A stretch of 63,092 nt of DNA, filler included, from Collodictyon triciliatum (taxonomy: Eukaryota), in the NCBI GenBank assembly GCA_043381765.1. It is 8 parts of 8 records of this genome, joined end to end, with 100 filler letters (N's around TTAATTAATTAA, not from the genome) between each part and the next. Parts side by side here need not be neighbours in the genome. Positions count along the whole stretch, not along the records: positions 8,923 to 13,407 come from JBHJMP010003267.1; positions 13,508 to 18,717 come from JBHJMP010003268.1; positions 18,818 to 27,632 come from JBHJMP010003270.1; 5 more parts are not named here. One strand, written 5' to 3'. The position numbers were made by a program, and so were the translations under genes. Under the pieces are notes generated by a model. That model searched no databases. It was not told where the DNA came from and worked only from the letters and a program-made list of their open reading frames with translations. This document shows positions 12,610 through 26,400 of this stretch, piece after piece (within the stretch, counting starts at the first letter, position 1; each line of letters opens with the position of its first letter).

Positions 12610-13195
12610 TCATATCTTCTGGATCTTGGAGGCCACCACGGCGGGATTGGCTTCGGCCAGGGCGGCGCGGTCATGTGCTTTGTAGTCGAAGGTGCATTGG
12701 TGCACGTCAGGGTAGCGATGGTCGCCGCAGAATGTCTGGTGGCAGCGACACTCGAAGCCTGTCAGGCCGACCTTCTTGCGACAGACGGCGCAGCGAGTCA
12801 GGGCCCGTCGCAGCGGCGAGGACGCGGCATCCGCAGACGCAGGCGACGCCGAGGGAGATGCGTCCGGCGTAATCCCCGGTGAGCGGCCGGGAATGCGCAG
12901 CGTGCCCGACGTTGGGTCCACAGATGTGCCGAGGCGGGTGCCCGTGCCGTTCGAGGCAAGCGCATGCGATGGGCCGCCGGCTGGAGCGCCCATGGCGGCA
13001 GACAGGCTGCTTGGGATGGAGATGGGCGACGAAGGCAGGCGCTGTGTGGTTGTCGGCGGGGTGCTCTGCACAATCTGCAGGCTCGGGATGCTGCTCGCTG
13101 TGGTCCGTGGGGCCGGTGGCTGCAGGCCGGCGGTTTGTTTGCTGCTTTGCGCCGTCTTGAAGCAGCGCGAGCACATGTCGTCAGTGGCTGGGTTT
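12610..13195 (-). CDS. A20/AN1 zinc-finger stress-associated protein (ZFAND5/6-like), last exon
   Basis: [13 protein letters not shown] (end of A20 finger) and [39 protein letters not shown]...[12 protein letters not shown] (AN1 finger). First exon is in the gap. Confidence 0.95.
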
Positions 13196-13310
13196 CTGCG
13201 TGGATGAGTTCGTTTGTTTTATTTGATGTGAAGGAGTAGATCTATGCTTGTTTCTGTTTCTTTTTTTTGTTTCTTTTTTTTGTTTCTTTTTTTTGTTTCT
13301 TTTTTTTGTT

Positions 13311-13407
<97 letters not shown>

Positions 13408-13507
13408 NNNNNNNNNNNNNNNNNNNNNNNNNNNNNNNNNNNNNNNNNNNNTTAATTAATTAANNNNNNNNNNNNNNNNNNNNNNNNNNNNNNNNNNNNN
13501 NNNNNNN

Positions 13508-13613
13508 TGTATGTATGTATGTATGTATGTATGTATGTATGTATGTATGTATGTATGTATGTATGTATGTATGTATGTATGTATGTATGTATGTATGTGT
13601 GTATGTGTATGTA

Positions 13614-13674
<61 letters not shown>

Positions 13675-13835
13675 GTATGTATGTGTATGTGTATGTGTGT
13701 GTATGTCTATGTCTATACCTATGTCTATGTCTATGTCTATGTCTATGTCTATGTCTATGTCTATGTCTATACCTATGTCTATACCTATGTCTATGTTTAT
13801 GTCTATACCTATGTCTATGTTTATGTATATGTCTA
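13508..13835. repeat. Compound (TATG)n / (TATGTG)n / (TATGTC)n microsatellite
   Basis: Visible tandem repeats. The same TACA/TATG family occurs at 15820-15920 and 36443-36665. Confidence 0.95.
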
Positions 13836-13875
13836 TTTCTGTGGGGATTTGGTCTAAAAAGTGCTTGTGTGGCAG

Positions 13876-16800
13876 GTGAAAGATGAGAAGGGTCGGCGAC
13901 GATTCCACGGTGCATTCACGGGAGGTTTTTCAGCCGGCTACTTCAACACTGTGGGTTCTAAGGAGGGTGAGCTTTTATTTAATGGTTTATTTCTATCTAT
14001 TTGTTAATTCCTTTGTTTAAGTATCTTTTACTTCGCTTATTTTTGTCCGATTTTTTATTATTCTTTTTAGTATTTATTTATTTGTATATGACTTCTGTTC
14101 ATTGTGTGTATTGTTTTCTGTTCGTTTGAATGTTTATGCTCCTGCTTATCTATACTACCTGTTGGGAGCAGGGTGGACACCTTCGACATTTCAGTCCTCC
14201 AGGTCTAGCCGGGCAAGTGCGCGTGAGAGCAAACCTGAGGATTTTATGGATGACGAAGATAGAGAGGTACAACCAACCTTCTAATATCTTCTACTTTATA
14301 TATATATTAAATCACCAAAACATGACAGTTATCGTTTAATGTCTTTGTCCTATTATACATTGAATCAAGAAATGCATGAGAGATGCATTAGTACTAGTCA
14401 ATAAGATTTTTTTATTTTTATGGATTGACCTTTAACACAGTCGGTGTATAAAAAAAGTCACATTTTTTTTATTTTGCAACATTCATCATATCAAGATCAT
14501 TCTTGTCCACCAACTAGGCTTTTGGAGGTCTTGCGGCGAAATCAACATTTGATACACTAGGCACAATTGCCGAGTCCCAAAGGAAAAAAAGCGAAGCTAT
14601 TACTGCTGTAGTGACTGGTGAGGTTCCTCAAGGGTAAGAATCAAAACAACTTCATGAAGATGTTTATCAAATAATCATGAACGTGATATCTAATGATTTT
14701 GATTTCTATGATTTTGTTTTGCTGTACTCATCCATCTTAAAATAGGAGTATGCTCCAAGATATCATCGGACCAAGCTCTGACTCAATCGGTAATGACTAT
14801 TCACATACCTTTTTGGTTGGACGTCATTATAAAATAAATAAACTTTCAATATACCAGTTTTAGTATGTTTGGAGTATTTTAAATGCGCTCTATATTAGGA
14901 AAAAAACTTTTAAGGCAGATGGGTTGGAGAGAGGGCCATGGGGTCGGGCCGCGCACCAGAAGTGTGAAGAAGCCATGTAGATTTACTTCACTTTACGATT
15001 CTTCTCATATTTGCACATCTTTTAGAGTTAATTTATATTAAAAAAACCATGTGAAATGAGACCATCATTTTTTTTTGGAATATCAATCAATTAAATTTTA
15101 TTCATCAGCTTACCCGCAGATATTGAATACGGTGAGATGACATGCGCCCCTCTAGCGCGCATATAGACAAAATTTTCAAAAAAAAAAAGTGTTTTAATTT
15201 TGTTCGTTAAACATTACTTCAGTGTAACGAAAAGAAAAATCAGGGCATTAAGTCATTCATAATAAAAATGATAACAATAACTTTAATAATAATAATCATC
15301 ATAAAAATAAAAATAAAATTAAATGATCAGATAGACCCTCAAGACGATGACGGCACTATAAGCGGGTTAGCCCCTCAGAATGCAGAGGTACCGTCAAGAT
15401 TACTGTGTTATGTAATAAGCAATTTTTACTGCTATCTTTAAGTACGTATTAAAGTGAACATGTAATTTAGCTTCTTTTTTTTTTTTTTTTTATAAATTGC
15501 CAGGCTATCATATTGGCATCAAAAAATGATACATTTGGAATCGGGTATTCACCTAAATTAGCACCTGCATTTGGTCTCAACATCGGAGGAGGTTTCTGCA
15601 TATGTTCCATTTCGTTTATTCGATCTAGATTGCTCAATATAAATGCAGACCACTTACCATGAAGTGTGCCCTTTACTCTCCACTATAATGAATGCATGTA
15701 TCAACCATATCTCTGCAACGATATAGCCTCAAAAGACAAGAAGCCTCAGGTTGTGGCAATGGCTGATGCATTGCGGAATAAAAGTACGTAGTAAGGCTTG
15801 ATCGAATGTATATGCGTTGATACATACATACATACATACATACATACATACATACATACATACATACATACATACATACATACATACATACATACATACA
15901 TACATACATACATACATACACGCAAACTATACTATAACAAATATTACATACAATCGAATTCTCAACAATAAAAAAAATTATAAGCATTCTCTTATGCTAC
16001 CAGATTGCATAATACTTTTTTATTTTACTGGTAGGACTGACATCTACTCGTGGGTTTGGAGTTGGTTCTTACGAAGATGACGATGATGATGTCTATGGTG
16101 GTGATGATAGTAGGAGTCCATATATCTAGCTAGCTAATCAATATTATACATAAATCGAAAGCACGTTCTTAAATGTTTTTCATATGATAGTGAGCATGTA
16201 TGTGACAGAGTTGGGTTCTCACTACCAGACTACCACCAAAGAGCCCGAAAAAACTGTTAGAATATGATTGAACGCAAATAACACCACATTAATCTCCATC
16301 GATTTTCTTCTGGTTTTTTTTTTTTTAACTTTTCCTCGTAACAAGGGCCCTAAACAAGATCGATCAAGAAAGTGCAGTGACGGAAGGTATCCAATATCTG
16401 GATACTGTCTTGCGAGTGCACCCCCAGAACAAACGAAATGGTTAAGTTATCACCCATGTTGAATCTAATATGAATTATTAATCATACTTGTATTCATTTA
16501 CTCTGTAAATTATCAATGTTCTTTGATATACGAATAATTTTAAAAATTACCGTAGACTCTAGTAGAGGCTTATCACTTCATGATTACGAGTCATAAACCT
16601 AACTTGTGAATAACAGGTATAAACCACCAACCGTTCCGTCATCTTACATCCCAAGACATGTCTTTCCAGAGGACCAAGTTGTAGAAAAAACGACACCCAG
16701 TCAAAGTAGCTGTTACCTAGTTTCGTGTAAATGTCTTCTATACGTACCCTGCAATATCTCATATTATAAATCCCAATGCCCTGGTTTAGGTACAGACAGA

Positions 16801-18660
16801 AAAACACTCACTTTTGCTGAAAGAGGTGCATTATTGGGGGAGAAATCACTTCCAAAACTCGAAGGTTTTTCTTCATTTACTTCTCGTAATAGATAAATTA
16901 ACTAGTATATACTTACGCAGTGTAATTTGTCAGGTGTCTTTCATATTTGTATTCAAATTCTGAATGTTAATGTATTAGTACCTCACGAGTCACCTCGAGA
17001 ATTCACTTCAACTAGTCAACAACAAAGTAGTTTACCAAACACCTCAAAACAAATAGTTGCAACGAAGCAAAGCTTGACTGAATGGGAGGCAGAAAGGTTA
17101 ACCCATGATTTTTCTCAAAGCATAATTATACCAATAACAATATTAATGAATTATACGTCAACACTTTTCGGTTTACGTAGAGAAAAGGCGAAGCCTGTCT
17201 CAGGAATTACCCTTGCATTCGGTCCGGATGAGTTCAATTATGAGAATAAATCTCTACAAATAAAAAAAAATGCAATTCATTAACAACAAAATTTCATCCT
17301 TTAGAATCTTCAATATCTGATCGATTTGTGTCGAAAGGTACTGTTAATCCTCAAAGTCTCGATAGCAAACCCAAGGCAAAGGTTAATTTTTATTTATTTT
17401 TCCAGTGATAATATATAGTCAACAATCTGCTAAAGTAAAATCACCAGTATGTGTACTTATATTACAACGCAGTAAGCGATAAGAAATCGGATATGCATCT
17501 CAAACTTCTGATAGGAGGAGGAAAGTAAATTGGATATGAAGATGCTTGGCCGGCACTCTCGAAGTGAACTGGAATGGAGACCTTCGAAACTCTTGTGCAA
17601 ACGCTTCAATGTCCCAGACCCCTATTTTGGAAAAGCGGTATATTCTCACCAAAATTCCATTCCATTCCTGGTATCTTTTGCCCTTTTGATGACATGATAG
17701 AGTAAGTAAAGGAAAGGTTTAACTGAAGAAGCTGCTTTAGGCTCCCATGTCTGCAAAGGAAAAGGAGAAAGAGCGTGCCCAGTACACCATCATGAATTTG
17801 GCTGCCATACCAAAGAGTTTTTTTTTTTTTTTTTAGCTTTGTATCATTAATTATTGACATATTTTTTCTAGTATTTTTATATTGTTTTTGTTTATGTTTA
17901 TGAATCAAAATACATTTTTTTAAATAACAAATGTGACTTTATCCAGCTTCTATTCCATGTTTCAAAATAGGAATTAGCTATCTTTTTTTCCCCTTTTATC
18001 CGATTCAAAGGAATTATCACATCTTGATATTTTTTTTTTTGGAACGATATAGACGAAACTGATGTGCGTGATATTTCGATTATATTATACATTAGATTTT
18101 GCACATTCCCCTTCATCGGTGACAGAACCATCTCATGGAGTTCAGGAGAAAAAGGAAGAGGCTACAAAAGATGTGCCCAAGTTAAATGCCCATCACTTGT
18201 ATGGTGCCACAAACAATTCGAGCACAAACGCCAATTCTATGTCACCAAAAGGTGGCGTAATTGACAGACATGTCATACAATCCAATACACCAAAACTTAC
18301 TGACCCCAAGAAACCTGATTATGACAGGTCAGTTTTTACTCAACCATATTTCATTCATTTCATTTCCTTTTGAAAAACAAAGTAGATACCCTTCTCGGTT
18401 CAATCTTAAACCAAAAAGCATACTCATTTTTTTTTGTCTTTATATGTTTCTCTAAAAAAAAAAAAAATGCTCCTGCTAATAAGCCGTCCTTTATAATGAG
18501 GAAACAAATATCATATCAGTATATCGTAACGACTTTTCTATTCTTTGCTTTATGTTAGTGAAGAGGAGTTTATGAAACAAAAACGCCCATCCATAGACAT
18601 TTTCAAGGCAATATTTGCAGATGATTCGGACTCATCCAGCGACAGTGAAGAGGAGAGCGC
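13876..18660 (+). CDS. GPATCH1: G-patch domain protein 1 (GPATCH1/TOUGH), multi-exon, both ends in gaps
   Basis: DUF1604 motif [41 protein letters not shown]...[11 protein letters not shown]-patch [49 protein letters not shown]. Confidence 0.93.
17983..18008 (-). mobile_element. Old poly(A) retro-insertion, family B, in a GPATCH1 intron
   Basis: T7-CCCCTTTTATCCGATTCAA between imperfect direct repeats AGGAATTAGCTATCT / AGGAATTATCACATCT. Confidence 0.45.
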
Positions 18661-18817
18661 GTATAACACGCTTCCTTTTGTTTCATTCCCCCGCGCACCC
18701 CGCCCCCCCCCCCCCCCNNNNNNNNNNNNNNNNNNNNNNNNNNNNNNNNNNNNNNNNNNNNTTAATTAATTAANNNNNNNNNNNNNNNNNNNNNNNNNNN
18801 NNNNNNNNNNNNNNNNN

Positions 18818-18924
<107 letters not shown>

Positions 18925-19069
18925 TCGGGAACACTCGAAGAAAACACAAATTAAAAATACTATGGACATATCACTTTGGATAAGATAATGCAATATTCTC
19001 TTCACATATGGACTCTGTAAAGTCAAAAAGAAGCTGGTACCATTGTGTGTGTAACTTTCGTGATTATAG

Positions 19070-19532
19070 CTGGCTCTCGTTTGGGATCAAAGCTCAAGGT
19101 TGCCGTGGTTGACCGCATGATTCCTAATCCCATCAATCCCCATCGCGGGATGGACACTCGTGCGATCTCTGTGGCCCCATCCTCCTCAGACCTTTTGAAA
19201 GGTATGTCGAACTTCAGAACAATGCATCTGGGGCTAGCCATCAAACCAAATAATATTAATATCAATAATACATACTCAATTGCGTATTGCCTACTATGTT
19301 TATCTTCATTACATATGTCCTAATTATGTTTGCACGCCGCACATATTCTCTCCCTCGCTTTCTTTCGCATTAGATATCGGCGTGTGGGATCAGATTACAG
19401 CATACGGAGTTGCTCCCTTTCGCCAAATGAAGGTAATAAGCTAGTTATAAGCAGACTCATGTCTCTTCCTTTCCATCTCTTGCCCGAAAGGCTGTGCGGT
19501 TCTTATTATGAAACGGGACACTCAGTCTATTA

Positions 19533-19571
<39 letters not shown>

Positions 19572-21761
19572 CTAACACTTTTGTTTTTTTCTCTGCAGGT
19601 GTGGGACTCTCGCGGCACCGGCCACTTTGCCTTCTCTAGTACTGATGTCGGACTTCCGCAGATGGGCCACATTGTGGAGACCAATGTCATCAGCCGCGCA
19701 ATCTGGGAGAAGATGACCGAAGTGAAAAATATCGACCTCATTACGGACTCTGATGTATTACTATAATACCTACCCAACAAAAGACTATTCCAGAACGACA
19801 AAAGTGTATATGATATGCTTGCCGAGATTTTATTCTCTTTTTTTTTATTTTTTTTTTTTTACATATCCACAAACCATCTTATTCTTGCGTACGCGTACAA
19901 TCGATGCATCGCCTGCTGGCGGTTGGATGATTCACTCTCTTGTTTATATCAGATCAAAACGATTGTTCCCAAGTTCCACGACCCATCCAAGAAGGGCTCG
20001 TCAGAGTACCCTGACTTTCTCGAAGTCGGACTGTCCAACGGATCCACAATCAGCTGCAAGACAATCGTAAGTGTGCTGCCGACGCTGACCCAATCACCCA
20101 AAGATAGTGCAACTTGTATATCAAGAGAAAACGAAAAAGAAAGAAAAACGATATTTAAATCATGCTGAAATTAAAGTAAGCCAATTAATTTATGAACAAG
20201 TACTCGTCAGCACAGCGATTGCCCTTATGGCTCCTGTGAAACCATGTCGAGTGGTATGTCACATATGCATGATGTCTCCTCTGATTTTGCCTGTCTATTC
20301 AGGTTGGCGCCGATGGAGCAAACTCTGTTGTTCGCAACATTGTAGGATTCCAGATATACTCATACGACTACAACCGCATCGCTGTGGCCGGAACTGTCAT
20401 GGTGGACCACAATCCATCCACCGCGTGGCAGCGCTTCCTGACGGGCGGCCCAATCGCGATGCTCCCCGTTTGTCTCTGCATTTTGCTTTCATTCCTTCTT
20501 CTCCTTTTTTTTTTTAAAAAAAAAAAAACCTTCTTCTGTATTGGCCTTTGCAATTGCTTTCCGTATTCCTTGCGAAGGGAGAGAACCTCAACCGAAAAGA
20601 GTGCTGAACACACATGCGTGCCCATGCTGAAATACAACACCCTTGTGCACCAATATCCACAGGGCCCGGGCAACTACAGCTCCATCGTCTGGTCAACCAC
20701 AAAGGCCAACGCCAAAGAATTTGCAGAGCTGAGTCCAGAGGCCCGCATCGAGAGACTCAACCGGCTCTTCACCGCACCACCAGCCTACCCCAGCGACAAG
20801 TTCGACAAGATGGACAAAGTAGTTACAACGCATTCTATCAAATCACATCGAGCCACATCAAATCGCGTCAAATCACATCAAAATCACATAAAGTCAACAT
20901 CAACATCAACATCAACATCACATCAACATCAGGAATACGACGCAGATGACAGCATCCGAACCCGCATTGCCCGGTCTTTGGAACGAGGCATCGGACGCCT
21001 TGCCGGCGGCACAAAGCCGGTTGCTCCAGTCATCACGTCCATCCCGACCGCACTGGCCAACTTCCCGCTGCGCCTCTCCCACGCCGACAGCTACTTCCAC
21101 GACCGAGCCGTCCTGATTGGGTATGAAGACGCCGCCTTTCCTCCTCGCACTGCATCACTCCTGACCACTTCACTCGGCTGCAGGGACGCGGGACACACAG
21201 TCCACCCGCTTGCAGGACAGGGCGCAAACATGGGCTTCTCAGATGTGCAGGTGCTTGCCGAAGAGATTCTGCGAGCAGCGGAGAACGGGACAGACGTGGG
21301 TAAGACCGGCGCACATGCGTCTCCTGTCTGTTGATACTCTGCCTGTGTTTTGGTGTGGCTGCACAAACAAACAAACAAAACAAAACAAAACAAAATCAAA
21401 TTGGCTGATGGCTTCACGCAACCACACAGGCTCGGCCGACGTGCTGCGCAGATACGAGAAGGCCCGCAAGCTGCCCAACTACGTGCTGCAGAAGGCCATC
21501 GACTCGCTCCAGCACGGCTTCGACACCGACAACGTCCCCGTCAACTACGCACGCAACTTCGTCCTCGCCTTCTTCAACGCCGTGTCCATCCTCGGGGTTT
21601 GTCTTTGCCGGCCTCCCGCCTTGTGCTTTGCATCCCGTTTCTTTCCTTCCTCTCCAGAGCCAAACTCACCCGCCCCAACTCACACACAGCGCGTTGCAAT
21701 CACCTACGCGTCCGGCAGGATTGGCTTCGCCCGCAAGACTCGCGTCGGCGACCGGGCGTAG
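19070..21761 (+). CDS. COQ6: Ubiquinone biosynthesis FAD monooxygenase COQ6 (5' end in gap)
   Basis: [86 protein letters not shown] across GT-AG exons. Confidence 0.92.
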
Positions 21762-21940
21762 AGCGCAGCTCAATTGCCTGCTACAGACAAAGCACGGGCC
21801 TGTGCGGATTATACAAACCTCCTCTCCGTATCCGAGACTGATGAGGGTGTCTGGATTGCATGTGTGTTTCTGCCTCATCTTTTTGTCCTCTTTTTTTTTT
21901 CTTTTTGTTTTCATTGTGATGGTGATTGTGATGCGGGCGG

Positions 21941-23414
21941 TCAGACGCGGCCGTGGCAGAGCGGGCACGACTGGCGTCCGCGGATGTCCGGCTCGAAAGA
22001 GCGGTGTTTGCAAGTGCGGCATTGGATTGTCCCGCGCGTGTCGAAGAGTGAGCGGCCTGTCGAGATGCACCCGGGGATGGGCGACCCGCAGTCCGAGCAG
22101 GAGCTCATCCTGCAAACCCACAAATTAGAAAAAAAAAATGAATGAAATTAGAAAAAATGAAAGAAGAAAAGAAAAATACCAATCCTTCAGTGCTGTCTTG
22201 CAGGACGGACAGTCGTATTTCTTTGTGTTGGACGGGTCTTGGGGTGGGTGGCTGTGTTTGTTTGGCGTTATAAAAAAAAAATAACAAAGAAAAAAGGAAA
22301 TGAGAAAATAGGGCATATATATGCTTGCGTGTGGATGTGAGTGTGTTTGTCCAGTGCAATATAAATATGCGTGAATATGAAAGGCGCGGTGGAGGAAGCA
22401 TGCCGGATAAAGATGCTGAGTGCAAGGTCCTGGTATGCTTCCCGCTCCTGCGCCGTGATGTCCGGCAGAGACTCCAGTTTGATGAATGCCTTTGAGCACT
22501 AGACCGCAAAGACAATGGTTTATTCAGTTTCCTGTTTGTGATTAGTATGTGTATGTCCATGTTATTGGGCAGACCTGGCCGTAGTACTTGTTGTAGTATG
22601 CGGTCACAGCAATCAAGGAGTAGATTTCTCGGGAAGAGAGAATGTCCTCGTATTCACGCAGTCGCAGCGCCTGAAGTATGATGTATTTGTTGTTGTTAAT
22701 AAGGGAAAGAAAAGACCGAATCATTTTGACGAATCGAGTACCCATAATTTTTTTACCACTTCTATAGAGAATGAATGAATAGTAAGGGAAATAAATATTA
22801 TTGAACTATCATGCGAGAGAGATTGTGCTACCGTCTTCATGCTGGCGTCCATGTACCCGTCATAGAGCTGTCTCTGGGCAAGCAGGAAGAAGTGATATGC
22901 CTCCGCTCCTTTCCACCTACATGATTGCTTGCGTGTCACTAAAGAGCACAGCACGTTTCTTGGGTGACAGATATGCAATAAGAACGAAAGAGGACATACG
23001 GATTATCCAAAGATTTGTCGAGTTTCCCGCCATGGTCTTCACCAAGGAGTCCGGCGAGTGTCTGCTGAGCCTGTTGATGTAATAACCATGTGTTACGGTA
23101 AACCCGCGAACTGAAGCAGGGCAACGCGATAGAAATGTTACTCATTTTGTCAAGGTGATACTATGATTAAGAATGTACTCCTTACCGATGTCATTCCCGA
23201 ATTCCCTGTTGGGTCGCTGAAGCGCTTCCTGTGTTGGTCCACTTCCAGGGCCGATAACACATACATCTTCTTGGCTCGTAAGGGTTGGACTTTGGTCTTT
23301 CCGACGTCCTTGGCCATCTGTTTACATATCAGGCAGTAGGTTAACTGTGCACCTGAAATATTCTCAGTGGAGACTGCAATATGAAAATAATAAAAATGAA
23401 AAGTGGAGATAATG

Positions 23415-23451
<37 letters not shown>

Positions 23452-26400
23452 AGAGAAAAAAGAGAAAAAAGAGAAAAAAGAGAAAAAAGAGAAAAAAAGA
23501 GAAAAAAAGAGAAAAAAGAGAAAAAAAGAGAAAAAAGAGAAAAAGAGAAAAAAGAGAAAAAAGAGAAAAAAGAGAAAAAAGAGAAAAAAGAGAAAAAAGA
23601 GAAAAAGAGAAAAAAGAGAAAAAGAGAAAAAAGAGAAAAAAGAGAAAAAAGAGAAAAAAGAGAAAAAGAGAGAGAAAAGAGAGAGAAAAGAGAGAGAAGA
23701 GAGAAAAGAGAGAGAAGAGAGAAAAAAGAGAAAAAAGAGAAAAAAGAGAAAAAAAGAGAGAAAAGAGAGAAAAGAGAGAGAAAAGAGAGAAATGAGAAAA
23801 AAAAGAGAGAAAAGAGAGAAATGAGAAAAAAAAGAGAGAAAAGAGAGAAAAGAGAGAAAAGAGAGAAAAGAGAGAAAAGAGAGAAAAGAGAGAAAAGAGA
23901 GAAAAGAGAGAAAAGTGAAAAAGTGAAAAAGTGAAAAGAGAGAAAAGAGAGAAAAGAGAGAAAAGAGAGAAAAGAGAGAAAAGAGAGAAAAGAGAGAAAA
24001 GAGAGAAAAGAGAGAAAAGAGAGAAAAGAGAGAAAAGAGAGAAAAAAGAGAGAAAAAAGAGAGAAAAAAAGAGAGAAAAAAGAGAGAAAAAAGAGAGAAA
24101 AAAGAGAGAAAAAAGAGAAGAGAGAAGAGAATGGAAATAATGAAAATAATGAAAATAATGAAAAAGTGAAAAAGTGAAAAAGTGAAAAAGTGAAAAAGTG
24201 AAAAAGTGAAAAAGTGAAAAAGTGAAAAAGTGAAAAAGTGAAAGTAAAGCCCAAGTGTGAGCCTTGGAAAACCTGAGCGAGAAGCTTTGCAGCGTCTGCG
24301 TGATGGTTCGCCTTCCGATAGAGCTCGATGGCAGATATGGTCTTCTTCTCTTCCAATAAATGCGTTGCGTACTTGGAGAGCAGCGTTTCTATTTGTTGGA
24401 AGTTGTGGCTTTCTGCGAGCTCGACAGCACGGTCCCACTTTCATGTACAGATGTTTTCAGTTAGTACAAATTATTTCTTGTTTTTTTAAGAAAAAAATTA
24501 TAAAATTTTAATCATACTCAGAATGACAATATATAATAGAAGTCGGAAAAAGTACGCGATTCAGAAGAACACAGCAGTCAATCGCTGCCTTGATATCACC
24601 AGCTTTGACAAATGCAGTCACTGCATGCTCTGAAAGGCCAACAGAAACGAATCGCTCTCCAATAGCCTAATACAACATCTTAGTGAATATCCAGTTACCA
24701 AATGTAAATGCAAATAGTGTATCACGGTGTGGGCAACATTCATTTCATCCTCCTCCACAACAAAACATACACCGAGCGAAGCATGGCCATCGGGGAGTGG
24801 GTTTATCAGTCTTTCGAGACTGACATAGTCCTCTAAGTAGTAATAACAATCCTTCAACATGTCGACGTTCTTTGCTTGTGAAAAGTATTGAACTGCCTGG
24901 GACCTATTACACAGGGTATATCAGATATTGATTTGCAAATAAACTGATTCATTTGAAGGGGTGCTTAAGGTTGTTGGTTATTTACAGAGGAAAAAGGAGG
25001 ACACAGAAAGAAAATAATTGTCATAGTATTGCATACCATTTTTGGCGGTCTGCGTAGTATTCTCCTATTTCATTCCAGGCTCGCTTCAAGAGAGAGTCAT
25101 CTCCGCCTCCAGTTTGAAGAAGCTAAGAAATCGTTAGTGAAAAAAGAGAAATAATCGTGTCATATGTTGAGTAGAATATAGTTTTTATTTTTATTTTTCG
25201 CTCATAATGTATATCAAGCAGTAGTCGTGGGTTTATGATATCATCAAAGTATAAAATTCATCAACTTTGTCGATGAAGACACTGTAAAAAGAAGCAACAA
25301 CGCTCACCTGCACAACTCGGAACCAATCGCCCAATCTCATACGCAGGTCGATTGCTAGGTCTTTTCTATCCATTTCTCGATAAATACTCTCAGCTTCATC
25401 AAATCGGCGAAAGTAAGTGCACACTTCAGCTTTTTGCTTCATTTTGTCCTAATAAAATATTCGCTGAGATTTTTCTAATATAATAGTAAATACTTTTTGA
25501 AGTAATTTTCTCTAAATATAATACATATTAGCTGATGATTTGAATATGTGAGTTCTTACATCTAATATTTTTAGTCTCTTCACAAGTTGGATGCCTTGGT
25601 AGTCAGCTGAACGGACAAAGGCTTTCTCGGCCATTCCAAAGTCCAGCTGAATGATATTTATTGTGATATGATTCATTTATATATAAGTAAAGAAGTAAAG
25701 AAATAAAGAAGTAAAGAAATAAAGAAGTAAAGAAATAAAGAAGTAAAGCAATATAAAGTAATAGTCATACTGTCTTTTACCTTATCCAGTGCAGATTCCG
25801 CAAGCAGCTTCCAGAGTCTGGGGTGTGGTCGGTCATCGATGAAGCTAAAGGCATCCTGCAATCCAACATTGGCCAACAGCTCTAGTGAATTCATATTCAA
25901 AGTGAGTAAAAATTGCATTCTCGTAGATTGGTAAATTTTTAATAAATAACCTCCAAAAAAATTCGTTAATGAAGATATGTTTAAATTTACAAAGACGAGG
26001 ATGAACCTTTTGTATCGCGTAGGGATTTTGTCTCGAACGGAATCACAAATTCCTTCTCAGGATTTTCAGGATTAACCATGATTTCGTCCAAAAGAACAGC
26101 TTTAATTTTTAATTTTGAGAAGCTGCAAATATCTAATAACAGTCGGTGCATTCGCAATTGTCAAGATAAATGAGTTTACGAATGAAGGTTGGCAATGTAT
26201 GCATAGTTGTAGATGATCAGGACATTGAATAAATAGATAGATAAATAAATAAATAGTGGCATATGCAGAGCATAGGATACACCCCGAACTGAGAATGGGC
26301 TCCTCTGGGTCTTGGTTGCGGAATATATACATTCTTGTTTTTTCCATCATTGCAAATAATTCAGGATTGTCATCACTCCTGTGAAAGTAGGTCGTATACC

